A DNA stretch of 64,000 nt. Source: Octopus sinensis. Taxonomy: Eukaryota. Positions 12,191 to 25,424 of this stretch are shown piece by piece. Within the stretch, counting starts at the first letter, position 1. Each line of letters starts with the position of its first letter. The stretch lies in assembly GCF_006345805.1 (NCBI RefSeq), contig NC_043001.1, positions 18,166,001 through 18,230,000 of the forward strand. The letters run 5' to 3'. The notes under the pieces are model-generated. The model was not told the DNA's origin, did not search any database, and worked only from the letters and a program-made list of their open reading frames with translations. Made by a program: the position numbers and the translations under genes.

Positions 12191-15100
12191 ATCATATTTT
12201 GTTTCTGTTTGTCTTTTTTTTTGTTCTTTCTTTCTCACCCTCCCCACTTGAGAGGGTCCATAATATCTGCAATAATTGTTTCTTACATGGTCATAACACC
12301 TTGACACACATGCACCCACACGCATACGTACACATGTGTAGATGCAGGTGTGGTTGTGTGGTAAGCAGTTTGCTTCCCGACCACCTGATTCCAGGTTCAG
12401 TCTCACTGCGTACCACCTTGCACAAGTGTCTTCTCCTATAGCTCCAGGCTGATCAAGGCTTTGTGTGGGGGTTTCGTCATCATCGTTTAACATCCGCTTT
12501 CCATGCTAGCATGGGTTGGACGGTTTGACTGAGGTCTGAAGAGCCAGCAGCTGCACCTGGCTCCAATCTGATCTGGCAGAGTTTCTACAGCAGGATGCCC
12601 TTCCTAATGCCAACCACTCCAAGAGTGTAGTGGGTACTATTTTATGTCCCACTGGCACAGGAGCCAGTTAGGTGGGCCTGGCATCAATCACATTCAGATT
12701 GTAGGAAACTGAAAGAAGCCTGTCGTATATGTGTGTGTGTGCTTGTGTCTCCTTGTCTTGAGGTGGTAGTTGTAAAAGATTGCCACTGTCATACCAGCAG
12801 TGTCAATCATTTCTAGTATTCTGCAAAAACATATCTGGCTATGGGGAAATATTTCCTTGGTTGGAAACATTTGGGGGTTGGTAACGGGAAGGGCATCCAG
12901 CCAGGTCTTCAAGCACAGTTTATTGCCCAATGATAGGGTACTCTTAAATGGGCCGGTTATGCTCCACTGGCATAGGCTATGGTTACAGTCTCACTTGGCT
13001 TGCTGGGTCTTCTCTAGCACAGCATATCTCCAAATGTCTCAGTCACTCATCATCACCTCCATGAGGCCCAATAGTCAGAGATCGTGCTTCACCACCTCAT
13101 CCCAGGTCTTTCTGGGTATAGTATGGCTCAATGGATAAGAGGTTTGTGTTGCAACCGTGAGGCCCTGTGTTCAATCCCACCACATGATGTCTTCGGTGAA
13201 TGTCATTTTCTGTAGTCTCAGATCAAGTCATGCTTTGCGAATTAGTTTGGATAATGGAAACTCTAGAAGCCCATCAGATGAATATATACCTGTAATACAA
13301 AGATAAGGCCTTATTACGTATTCTCTGTGGAGTACTCAGCCGTTTATATGCTAATTCAAAAGCAGGTAATTCTGTTGATTCATTGCCAAACAATAGAGGA
13401 CCATTCAGCCATCTGTGTATACACACACACATCCACATTCTGAGGTTTATTTATATATAATTCTAAATAGACGGTGGAATAGCAAATATAGTACACAGTA
13501 CTAAAACGATTCTCAGCAATGTACAAGAATGGTGAAGCAACAAAATCAATAGAAAAGAAATTAAAATGCCACGTAGTATTCTGTTACATCCCTCTACATT
13601 CTGAGTTCAAATTCCTGTCGAAATTAGCTTTGCTTTTCATCCTTCTGCACTTGATGAAATAAATTCCTCAATAAACAATTAGGGTATTGGCTTTCTAAAA
13701 TATTTTGTTGCAATTGGACTTGCTGTCTATTTCTTTACTACCCACAAGGGGCTAAACACAGAGGGGAAAAGCAAGGACAGACAAACAGATTAAGTCGATT
13801 ACATCGACCCAGTGTGTAACTGGTACTTAATTTATCGACCCCGAAAGGATGAACAGCAAAGTCGACCTAGGAGGAATTTGAACTCAGAACATAGCGGCAG
13901 ACGAAATACCTATTTCTTTGCTACCCACAAGGGGCTAAACACAGAGGGGACAAACAAAGACAGACAAACACTGCTCCAGCATGGCTGCAGTCAAATGACT
14001 GAAACAAGTAAAAGAATAAAAGAATAAAGAAATGGATTAAGTCGATTACATTGACCCCAGTGTGTAACTGGTACTTAATTTATCGACCTCGAAAGGATAA
14101 AAAGGCAAAGTCGACCTCGGCGGAATTTGAACTCAGAACGTAACGGCAGAAGAAATACGGCTACGCATTTCGCCCGGCGTGCTAACGATTCTGCCAGCTC
14201 GCCGCCTTGCAGTTGAACTTACTGTCATCAGCAGGTATTAGATTGTCTTGGAATGTTACCTTCTGTCCATGGGAACGCTAGTTTGTCATTTCTTAATGCC
14301 AAGTAACCAAACCCAAGTCCTGACCTTTGGGCTACTAGATTCATTGACATTTCATACTATTTTGCAATGTAGTTCTTATGTAGAATATTTCTGCACTACT
14401 GAGCCAGACCTAATTTTACTCAATTGTTTCACTATTACATTGCCTTGCTGATCACATTCTATGGTTATTGATTGGTTTTCGATGATTTGCTGCTAAAAAA
14501 AAGTGTGATATTTCAGGTGTTTAACGTTAGCTTTAAAGTTGCAAAAATCCAAAATATGTATACTCTTTTACTCTTTTACTTGTTTCAGTCATTTGACTGC
14601 AGCCATGCTGAAGCACCGCCTTTAGTCGAGCAAATCGACCCTGGGACTTATTCTTTGTAAGCCTAGTACTTATTCTATCGGTCTCTTTTGCCGAACTGCT
14701 AAGTGACGGGGACGTAAACACACCAGCATCGGTTGTCAAGCAATGCTAGGGGGACAAACAGAGACACACAAACACACACACATACATATATATATATACG
14801 ACAGGCTTCTTTCAGTTTCCGTCTACCAAATCCACTCACAAGGCATTGGTCGGCCCAGGGCTATAGCAGAAGACACCTGCCCAAGATGCCACGCAGTGGG
14901 ACTGAACCCGGAACCATGTGGTTGGTTAGCAAGTTACTTACCACACAGCCACTCCTGCACCTATTGTCAACTATGTTTCATCTCCAATTGTGGTCTTTCT
15001 TTGAGGTTACTGTTGCATGTATGTATGATGCAGGGTCTACTAGATAGCATTATTAACCCTTTCGAAACAAAGTGTCTTGATTTGAATCTGCTCTGGTACT

Positions 15101-15749
15101 ATGTACACACCTGGGAATAAGACATCCGATGTTAATCAGCGATCAAAGCTGATTTGTGGATATTAAGTGAAGGTGTAATGCTTGTCTCTAAAGACAGACA
15201 TGGCTGTGTGGGTGAGGAGATCGATTTGTAATCATGTGGGTTTGGTTTCAGTCCCACTGAATGGCACATTGTCTTCGCTGTAGACCCAGGTCGACCAGTG
15301 AATGAGTTTGGTAGACAGAAATTGTGTGGAAGCCTGTCATGCACTTGCGCACGCGTACGTATGTGTGTGCATATACATGTGTGTGTGTGTGTATATTTGT
15401 ATATATGTGTGTGTGTGCATGGGTAATATGTATGTATGTGCACATGTTTCTGATTGTCCCCCACCACAACTTGACAACCAGTGTTGGTTTGTTTACATCC
15501 TGAGAACTTAGTGGGTTGCCAAAAGACGCCGATAGAATAATACCAGACTTTAAAATAAATACTGGGGTCATTGTGTTCAGCTCTCTCTCTCTCTCTATCT
15601 CACACAAAATCCAGTAAGCTACTTTGCAAATCAGATGGTTATGCTTTATTTTACTATCATATATTTTTAAATGGGTCACTTCTTTTTTGGTGAGATTCAC
15701 AACTTTATGTTTATTCCAATCAAAACCTGCTTATGCATACAGCTTGTTT

Positions 15750-15804
<55 letters not shown>

Positions 15805-16226
15805 TATATATATATTGGAAGCATGACTGTCACCACTACTACATGAACCTGAAGATTACAGAATTTAATGCATGAAAGTACTAGTTCAATCAGAATGAAC
15901 ATTTAACATTCTACTATTTTATTTTATTCTATTATATTATCTTATATCATTATAAGATTGTAAATAAAACGTGAAAATCAGACAAGGTTGGAATTCCTTT
16001 TATTAATATATTCTTCTATACACAATCACACACACCCGTATATATATCTATATCTATATATATGAATAATTGAGTAGTTGAATGAATTATCTTATTATGG
16101 ATAATTCGGTTAACCGATACCTGGGTAGCAAATTCACGTCAGAAAAACACGGTTGAAGCTACATGCCTAGGGCAGAGATCACATGCTATCGTGTGGAAAT
16201 TTGTGTGTGTTTTTTAATACAAATAA

Positions 16227-16394
16227 ATGAAAGAATGGAGTTGAACGACGAATTAACAAAATTCCTTTATTTTATTTTCGACATATGTTTTCGAAGGCTG
16301 CATATTCCTTTGAAATTAGGAATATGCAGCCTTCGAAACATATGTCAAAAATAAAGGAATTTTGTTAATTCGTCGTTCAACTCCATTCTTTCAT
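16227..16394. mobile_element. (TA)n-associated hairpin element with a hammerhead-like stem II/stem III motif (Penelope-like remnant candidate)
   Basis: About 80 bp inverted arms; right arm reads AGG-aatatgcag-CCT-TCGAAAC-ATAT-GTC followed by AATAAA. Confidence 0.55.
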
Positions 16395-16810
16395 ATATCT
16401 ATATATATATATATATATCTCATTTTTCAAATGTAAGTCATAATATTGTATTATCTGTTTAAAATGATAAGCAGAGTGGCATGTTATGAAACTGGGTATT
16501 CATATTCAGTATTGTAAGACTCTCTATGATAACTGAAGGAATATTAGCCTTACATGGCAGAATCGTTAGCACATCAGACAAAATGCTTAACGGCATTTCT
16601 TCCAACCCATTAGGTTCTAAGTTCAAATTCCACTGGGGTTAGCTTTGCCTCTTATCTTTTCAGTGGAGTATTAAATAAATTACCGGTCTAGTTCTGGGGG
16701 TTGGTGTAATCAACCTCCACCCTTCCCTTGAAATTGTTGGCCTGGTGCCAAAATTATTTTATTTAATTAATCATTAATCTTGTGTTTTTGTTTCTGTTTT
16801 TTTTTTACAG

Positions 16811-16986
16811 ATTCTCAACAAAGAAAGCCTATCTGGTCACCTGCAAAAACCAAAAGCCATGAAAGCTCTAAGACCAAAGACAACATAAGTGATTCTGACA
16901 CAACAAACAAAGAACAAACCATGCAGACACCAGATTCAGAATCCCACATTGAGCTTCGAAGGGGACGTAGTGCACGATCAGTACAG
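16811..16986 (+). CDS. First recognisable coding exon (A) of the homeodomain/TFII-I/chromodomain gene: (D)SQQRKPIWSPAKTKSHESSKTKDNISDSDTTNKEQTMQTPDSESHIELRRGRSARSVQ, a disordered S/K/T-rich segment
   Basis: Polypyrimidine tract ending TTTTTTACAG at 16810; CAG|GTCAGT donor at 16987; open frame; phase 1 to 0, matching the next exon. Confidence 0.75.
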
Positions 16987-19900
16987 GTCAGTATATAAAT
17001 TTTAGCCTCTTAAATTCTTTATATAGCTCTTTCGCTTGTTTCAATCATTGGACTGCAGCCTTGGGCAAGTTTACTCTTTTACTTGTTTCAGTCATTTGAC
17101 TGTGGCCATGCTGGAGCACCACCTTTAGTCGAGCAAATCGACCCCAGGACTTATTCTTTGTAAGCCTAGTACTTATTCTAGCGGTCTCTTTTGCCGAACC
17201 GCTAGGTTACGGGGATGTAAACACACCAGCATCGGTTGTCAAGCAATGTTGGGGGGGACAAACACAGACACACAAACATATATACACTCACACACAAGAT
17301 GGGCTTCTTTCAGTTTCCGTCTACCAAATCCACTCACAAGGCTTTGGTCGGCTCAAGGCTTTCGTAGAAGACACTTGCCCAAGATGCCACGCAGTGGGAC
17401 TGAACTCGGAACCAAGTGGTTCGTAAGCAAACTGCTTACCACACAGCCATGCATCATTTCAAAAAGTTGAATTGTTCTCAACATTTTAATTCTTCTACCT
17501 GCTCATTCATGGTCCATGTTTTCAAAGTTTGGTGTGCTGCAGGTGTTTGTTTCATTCTCTATGTCATTTTCATTCTTTTTTTTTCTTGTGTGTGTTTGTC
17601 TTACAAATTTCTTGGTGACCTCGCTGGTGCTGGTGCCATGTAAAAAGTATCCACTTCACTCTGTAAAATGGTTAGCATTTGGAAGGGAATTCAGCTGTAA
17701 AAGCCATGCCAAAACAGATCCCACCAATGCTGGTCCCTTGTAAAATGTACCCAGTCTAATCTGTAAATTAGTTGGTATTAGGTGGGGCATCCACCCATAA
17801 AGCCTATGCCAAAACAGTGGAGCTTGGTACAGTTCTCTGGCTTGCCAACTCCTGTCAAACCATCCAAATAAAATAAATAATGTGCCCTTTTAAAGCCTAG
17901 CCAGGCTCATGGGCCCAGTTTCAGTGGTGTATGTGTTCCCCAGCTGGACAGGACGCCAGTCCATCGCAGTGTTACTCATTCTTGCCAGCTGAATGGACTG
18001 GAGCAACGTGAAATGAAGTGTTTTACTCAAGAACACACCACGTTGCCCGGTCCAGGAATCGAAACCACAATCTTACGATCATGATGCTGACACCCTAACC
18101 ACTAAGCCACATGCCTCCACTCAAGCCATCCAAACCATGCCAGTATGGAAGACGGACATTAGATGATGATGTTTATCTCATAGGTTGGGTGGTTTTATTG
18201 TTTATGTAGTTCTTTCTTACAATTGAATGTCTTTCCTACTAGATATGACTCAGCTGGGAATCAATGAGTGGAACTTGGTTTTTATTAGTCTGGCAAAATG
18301 GACAGATTTGGGTCCTTTTCTTCAAGGACTCAACGCAACAACAGTAATTAGATCACAACTTATTAGCTTATTATTCAGCACCTTGACCAAAAATCATTGT
18401 GCTCTTTTGTTTCATCATCGTTTAACGTCTGCTTTCCATGCTGTCATGGGTTGGACAGTTTGAGGATTGGCAAGCCAAGAGACTGCACCAGGCTCCAATC
18501 TAATCTGGCAAGATTTCTACAGCTGGATGTCCTTCCCAACGCCAACCACTCTGAGAGTATAGTGGTGCTTTTTACGTGCCACCAGCACAGGAGCCAGTCA
18601 GGTGGCACTGGCATCAACGACGCTCAAATAGTGCTTTTTACATGCCACTGGTACGAGAGCCAGTCTGGTAGGACTGGTATCAACCATGCTTGAATGGTGC
18701 TTTTTACGTACCACTCAGGCGGTACTGGCATCAGCCACAACAATGATTTCACTTGACTCAACAGGTCTTCTCAAGCCCTGTTTATTGTCCAATGTTTGAA
18801 GATACTCTTAAATGGGCCGGTTATGCAACACTGGCATAGGCCATGGTTACGGTCTCACTTGGCTTGCCAAGTCTTCTCAAGCGCAGCATATCTCCAAAGG
18901 TCTCAGTCACTTGTCATTGTCTCTGTGAGGCCCAACGTTTGTTTCAAATAATAAAAATTCATATTGGAACAAAGAAAATGGGTAATGTTCTAGAGGTCTG
19001 TAAGTGTTTTGAGACTGCAACAAATAGCCAGGTCATAGTGCTAGTCTGCAATAAATGCCAACTGATCCGGACAAGCATGGAAAACTAAACATTAAAACAA
19101 TGATGGGATGTCATTAAGCAAGAGAGGTGTTGATATACCCTCTGGTAGGGAATTAGTTTGTCCCATAAAAACCTTCTCGGGAAATTTTGGTGCCTGCTCT
19201 TCATAGTCAGCAATTTGCAGCATAGTGAATTAATTGTCTGTTCACAGGAAATGCCATGATATATCTGCAGAAGATTATGAACTCAAGAAGTTTGAAGTCA
19301 CAATCAGATAACTTAATAAAACTGCTGAAGTCAAATTCGATGACTGGTATCCATGCTAGTGGAGTGCTAAGAGTACCGTACAAGCGTGATCGTTTCCAGA
19401 ACAACAAGCTAGCATCTGTGCTGGTGGCACGTAAAAAGCACCATTCGAGCGAGGTCATTGCCAGTGCCGCTGGACTGGCTCCTGTGCAGGTGGCACATAA
19501 AAAGGACCTTTTGAGTGTGGCCATTGCTAGTACCGCCTAACTGGCCCTTATGCTGGTGGCACGTAAAAGCACCCACTACACTCTCGGAGTGGTTGGCAGT
19601 AGGAAGGGCATCCAGCTGTAGAAACTCTGCCAGGTCAGATTGGAGTCTGGTGCAGCCATCTGGTTCGCCAGACCTCAGTCAAATCGTCCAACCCATGCTA
19701 GCATGGAGAGCGGATGTCAAACGATGATGATGATGAACATAGCTTTCAGAGTTAACCTCTAATTGAATCAGATGTGCTAACGTTTCTTGGAAGAATTCAG
19801 GAGTTTGTAGCTTTTACTTTAACTCCATGGTTGCTTTGATTATGTGGACCTATGATCAAAAGTATTTTAGCCATCCCCTCCCAGGAATAAGATACTCTAG

Positions 19901-20232
19901 AATGCACTATCCATTATGTCTTTCCAACGTATCCATCTTTTTAAAGACAGTATGGTGTAGTTTAGAGGAAATTTAGCTGTTATTTCTACCAGATCAAGCA
20001 ACTCCCGCATTGGTTTGTGTTTTTCAGTCATTGTAAGTGTTTCCTTGCTGGACCCCACTTTTAAGGGTTGTAATCATTTAGATTTAACTTTACTGCTTAT
20101 GTTATATAATCACCTGGAACATTGTTTATGTAGGAAGAGGGAAAGATTTGAACTCTGAATCTGTAATCTACTGCCATGCTAAATCCTGTAGTTTTGAATC
20201 CTCCTCCATCTCTGTCCGTGTCCTCTTTACAG

Positions 20233-20403
20233 AATAACTCTGTTGATCAAAGGCCTATTCGCAGATGTTCGGAATTCAATGACACACAGCTGGCCTTTCT
20301 AGAGTCACAATGGCAACTAGGAATGGTGTCCGTGTCCCGTGACTGTTGGAAGATGATTGACGATACTGCTGAATGTATTGGAATTTCATCAGCTCGAGTA
20401 AAA
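20233..20403 (+). CDS. Exon B: helices 1-2 and start of helix 3 of an HDX-type divergent homeodomain (NNSVDQRPIRRCSEFNDTQLAFLESQWQLGMVSVSRDCWKMIDDTAECIGISSARVK)
   Basis: TCTTTACAG acceptor and AAA|GTAAGT donor, phase 0 to 0. The F-x-D-x-x-L-A-x-L-x3-W-x2-G-M-x-S-x4-C-x3-I-x3-A pattern matches the HDX homeodomain as I recall it. The intron falls at the common homeobox position just before the helix-3 xW. Confidence 0.85.
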
Positions 20404-21685
20404 GTAAGTTGCATTGCTATTATTATTATTTTTTTTTTTTTTTTTCCTTTCTTCAAATTTTCTTCCGTTTCTTGCCGAGTGTTTTCCGTACACCTAGGGC
20501 AGAGAAGCTCATTGTATGCATTCCCAGATTACACACACAAATTCACCAATAAAATATGTATTTAAAAATAAATAAATAAATAAATTCATGGATGGTTGTT
20601 GTTTTCACAGCAATAATGCCCTTTTCAGTACATGAGCTGTTCCAGTTATTATTATTATTACTACTACTACTACTATTATTATTATTATTATTATTACTAT
20701 TATGTGTCGGTGGCACATAAAAAACACCATCCGAGCGTGGCCATTCGCCAGCCTCGTGTGGCACATAAAAAGCACCCACTACACTCACAGAGTGGTTGGC
20801 GTTAGGAAGAGCATCCAGCTGTAGAAACACTGCCAGATCTGACTTGATTGAGTAATCTGAATGCTAAAGGGTTAAGCCACTAACATTTAAACTGGCCATA
20901 TCCAACCCAAATATTCTACTTGGTTTATGCTCTTACTAGCCACATCTGGCCGCTCACCTACTTTACAATGTCATTCTAAAAATAAGCAATCACGTCATTG
21001 AAATCTCAAAGCAATGAGTTAATGCATGATTGGTGCCATGTAAAAGGTATTTGTGCTGGTGCCACATAGAAGAAAGCACCCAGTACACTCTGTAAAGTGG
21101 TTTGGCATTAAGAAGGGCATCCAGCCATAGGAATCATGCCAAAACAGATAGCTGGTGCCCAGTGCAGCTCCCAGCCATACCAATTCGTCAAACCATCTGG
21201 CCCATACCAACATGGAAAACGGATATTGATGATGGTGATGATGACAACGAATAAATATGCATTACATTTCACAGAGTTATTGTTTAACGTCTGCTTTCCA
21301 TGCTAGCATTGGTTGAACAATTTGACTGAGGTCTGATGAACCAGATGGCTGCACCAGACTCCAATCTGATCTGGCAGAGTTTCTACAGCTGGATGCCCTT
21401 CCTAACGCCTACCACTCCGAGAGTGTAGTGGGTGCTTTTACGTGCCACCGGCACGAGGGCCAGTCCAGCAGTACTGGCAGCGGCCACGCTCAAATAATCT
21501 AAATACTAAAGCATTTAAGATATATTTAAGTTAAAACCTTTTTTTCATAATTTTATGCCAAAAATCTTATTGTGTTCCAGACACTGGCTTTTAACTGAAA
21601 ATTACTTTACTAAATTACGGAGATATACTTGCATAGCAAGTGACCTGATCTGAGACTATGTGCTGAAACAAAAACAGTTGCAGTA

Positions 21686-21945
21686 TGGAAGGTGTTTATA
21701 AGCCATTTAAAAGCACACAAAAACCATTAGATTCACTTCAACATTTAAATTCAATTTGTCAAAATATATTCATCGCTTTGAGACCCTGACTTGTTCACTG
21801 ACAAAATTCTGTGCTGCATGGAATTTTATCAGTGAACAGGTTGTAGTCTCAAAGCAACAAAAATATTTTGAGAAATTAAATTTAAATTTTGAAGTGAATC
21901 TAACGGGTTTTGTGTGTTTTTAAATGGCTTATAAACACCTTCCAC
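21686..21945. repeat. Inverted repeat with arms of about 125 bp; a single-arm relative lies at about 36302-36510
   Basis: TGGAAGGTGTTTATA...AAAATTC and GAATTTT...TATAAACACCTTCCA arms around an 11-nt spacer. Confidence 0.7.
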
Positions 21946-22079
21946 AATGCTATTTGTTTACTTTACTAAAACTTACCAAAATCTTAATTTTACTTCTTTT
22001 TTTTTTTTAAGTACAATGGTAGTTGTTTTTCATTTTAATCACAAATGGTTTAATGTAAAATCTTACTGTCTTCTTTTTA

Positions 22080-22644
22080 TTGGGTTGTCCAGAAAGTTTG
22101 TGCCGATTTATAGCAGCTTACCTTTCGACTTATTTTAGAACATGGTTGAGTCCGTAAAATTGAATTTGACTACACCTCCATTTAGAGCACAGTTTAAGCT
22201 AACTTTTTGTGGAAGAAGGTTTATGTTCCTATAACCTGTCTTAATTCTGTAACCCTTTAAAATGGAAAATAAGAAAGTTCATTTTCGGCACTTGATGCTT
22301 TGGGAACCAGACAAAAATTGCTGCAGCTCAGCTGGGATGTGTTACCTCACCCTCCATATTCACCAGATATGCTCCTTCGGATTTCCACTTATTCAGGTCT
22401 CTGCAGAATAGTCTTTATGGTAAAAATTCCAATTCCTTAGATGACATAAATAGACATCTTCATGAATTCTTTGCCATGAAACCACCTCAATTCTGGGAAG
22501 CGGGTATTTTCAAGTTAAAGGATAGATGGAGACGCATTGTGCAACAAAATGGTTCATATTTGGTTGATTTAAAATGTAATGGCAAGTATTTATTGACCTT
22601 TTTATTTCCTTTAAAAATTGGCACAAACTTTCCGGACAACCCAG
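22080..22644 (+). mobile_element. Internally deleted mariner with both 30-bp TIRs and TA TSD
   Basis: TA|TTGGGTTGTCCAGAAAGTTTGTGCCGATTT ... AAATTGGCACAAACTTTCCGGACAACCCAG|TA. The N-terminal MENKKVHFRHLMLW is joined directly to the C-terminal WDVLPHPPYSPD/APSDFHLF...RWRRIVQQNGSYLVD. Confidence 0.9.
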
Positions 22645-23352
22645 TATTATACTACTAATCCTTCTGCCAGCAAATACTAAGAAAAATGATTAAATAAAAA
22701 GGAAACACTAAAGTTCTATTAATTTCTTCTCTTGTTACTTCTTTACTTTCATCTCTATTTCTTTTCTACCCTTTTCCTTTTTTGCTCTTGTTAGCCCCAT
22801 GTAAGCCCCTTGTAAGAACTGATAGAGCAGAACTATAACCAAATGTATTCTAGTCACTGTTACCTTTTTTATTCCGAAAACAATTAGAACTACATTTCCC
22901 AAGTGTCCTTTTTCTTTTCCTTTCTTCAAAGGGTGTATGATACAAAGCAGATTTGACTGCTATTTCTAACATGTTGAATGACCACATAGAAACAGCTGCA
23001 TTGGATTTACAAAAACTGTTTCTCTCTCTCCCTCTCTCTCTCTCCCTCACCCTCTCTCTCTCTCCCTCACCCTCTCTCTCTCTCCCTCCCCCTCTCTCTC
23101 CTTCTCCCTATCTCTCTCTCCCTCTCTTTTTCTCTCTCTCCCTCTCCTCCAACTCTTTATTCTGTACTATTTAAAATATTCAAATTCTCAAAGCATATTT
23201 CCATAAATATTACTTTCATCTCTCACACACTCTCAGATTTGCAACTTTGGCATACACACACACACATTGTCTAAATGTCCAGCTCTGTTTTAAATCATTT
23301 CTCCACTCTTCCAAGAATAAAACTTATTGTTTTTTTTACCCAATTTTTCTAG

Positions 23353-23446
23353 CGGTGGATCCAAGAATACAGCAAAGCTCATGGTTTAGTCATAGATGAA
23401 CCTGTCACTAGAAAACGTAAATTATCAGAATCCAGAAATACAGATG
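23353..23446 (+). CDS. Exon C: remainder of homeodomain helix 3 plus a basic NLS-like motif (RWIQEYSKAHGLVIDEPVTRKRKLSESRNTD)
   Basis: TTTTTCTAG acceptor and ATG|GTTTGT donor, phase 0 to 1. Supplies the invariant helix-3 Trp in register with exon B (RVK|RW). Not in the ORF track. Confidence 0.8.
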
Positions 23447-25424
23447 GTTTGTATCATTATCATAATTGAAGTTTAATGTTTCTCTTGATGTTGTCTGCAG
23501 TAATAATAATAATAATAATCATTTGAAATAAACAAACAAACAAAAAAATCAGGAAGATAGGAAATATTCTTAGATATAGGCACAGGAGTGGCTGTTTGGT
23601 AAGTAGCTTGCTTACCAACTACGTGGTTCCGGGTTCAGTCCCACTGTGTGGCACCTTTGGCTAATGTCTTCTGCTGTAGCCTCAGGCAGACCAAATCCTT
23701 GTGAGTGGATTTGGTAGATGGAAACTGAAAGAAGCCCATCATATGTATATGTTTGAGTGTCTGTGTTTGTCCCCCCACCATCGCTTGACAACCAATGTTG
23801 GTATGTTTACGTCCCTGTAACTTAGCAGTTCGGTAAAAGAGACCAATAGATTAAGTAGTAGGCTTATAATGAATAAGTCCTGGGGTTGATTTGTTCGACT
23901 AAAGGCAGTGCTCCAGCATGGCCACAGTCAAAAGACTGAAACAAGTAAAAGAGCATAATGGGTGCTGCCATTTAAACTGGCTCGCTTGTGCTTCTGCCAC
24001 GTATAAAGCACTTAGTCCACTGTTGGATGGTTGGTGTTAGGAAGGGCATCCAGCCGTAAAAACCCTGCCAAAACAGACACAGAGGCTTGGTGCAGACTCC
24101 TGCCAAACTGTCCAACTCCTGTCAACATGGAAGGCGGATATTAAATGATGATGATGATGGTACATTATCAAAATCTCAAAGCTGCAAAATAATAGATGAT
24201 TAATTCAAAACAATATGAGGCCGTGTGGTAAGTAGCTTGCTTACGAACCACATGGTTCCGGGTTCAGTCCCACTGCATGGCACCTTGGGCAAGTGTCTTC
24301 CACTATAGCCTCGGGCTGACCAAAGCCTTGTGAGTGGATTTGGTAGACGGAAACTGAAAGAAGCCCGTCATATATATATGTATGTGTGTGTGTCTGTGTT
24401 TGTTCCCCCTACATCACTTGACAACCGATGCTGGTGTGTTTACGTCCTCGTCACTTAGTGGTTCAGCAAAAGAGACCGATAGAATAAGTACTAGGCTTAC
24501 AAAGAATAAGTCCTGGGATTAATTTGCTCGACTAAAGACGGTGCTCTAGCATGGCCACAGTCAAATGACTGAAACAAGTAAAAGAGTATTATATTTGACA
24601 GTAATCTGAATGCTTAAGGGTTAAACTGGCCATACCTGGCCAAAATATATTCTACCCGTTTCATGTTCAAACCTGCCTGAGCCAGCCTCTCACACCAACC
24701 TACAATCCTACAATGTCATTCTAGAAACAAATAATCACATCTTTAAAGTCTTGGGGCTTCAAGACAATGTATGATTGATTCAAAGCAGTGTGAATCATCA
24801 TCATTGTTTAACGTCCGCTTTCCATGCTAGCATGGGTTGGATGGTTCAACTGGGGTCTGGGAAGTCAGGAGGCTGCACCAAGCTCCAGTCTGATCTGGCA
24901 GAGTTTCTACAGCTGGATGCTCTTCCTAACGCCAACCACTCCGAGAGTGTAGTGGGTGCTTTTTACGTGCCACCAGCACTAGTGCCAGATGAGGCTGGCA
25001 AACGGCCACGATCAGAATAATATTACATTTGACGGACAGAGTAATCTGAATGCTAAAAAGTTAGGAAGTTCACTTAACAACCATGTGGTTCCGGGTTCAA
25101 TCCCACTGCATGACTACTTTGGGGATGTCCTTCATCGTGGCCTCATGAAGCCCAATGTTAAACTTCCCAACTATTGCTGGAACTCATTTTACACTTGAGA
25201 AACTGGAGCAGTGTGAAATGAAGTGTTTTGCTCAAGAACTCAATGCACACCGTCTGATTCAGGAGTTGAAACCACAATCTTGTAGTCATGAGTGCAACAC
25301 TTTAACCTCTAGGCCATGTACATTTACAGTAAAATAATAAAAGAGTGGGTGGGAAAAAAATCCAGATTTGAAAGTTGTTGCAAGTTTTATAATAATTGCG
25401 TGTTTTGTGAATTCCATTTTATAG

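Noticed and set aside
11077-12493. Long Y/I/H/T/C-rich ORFs (also 56713-57315, 57963-58754)
   Set aside because: Pure dinucleotide microsatellite translations.
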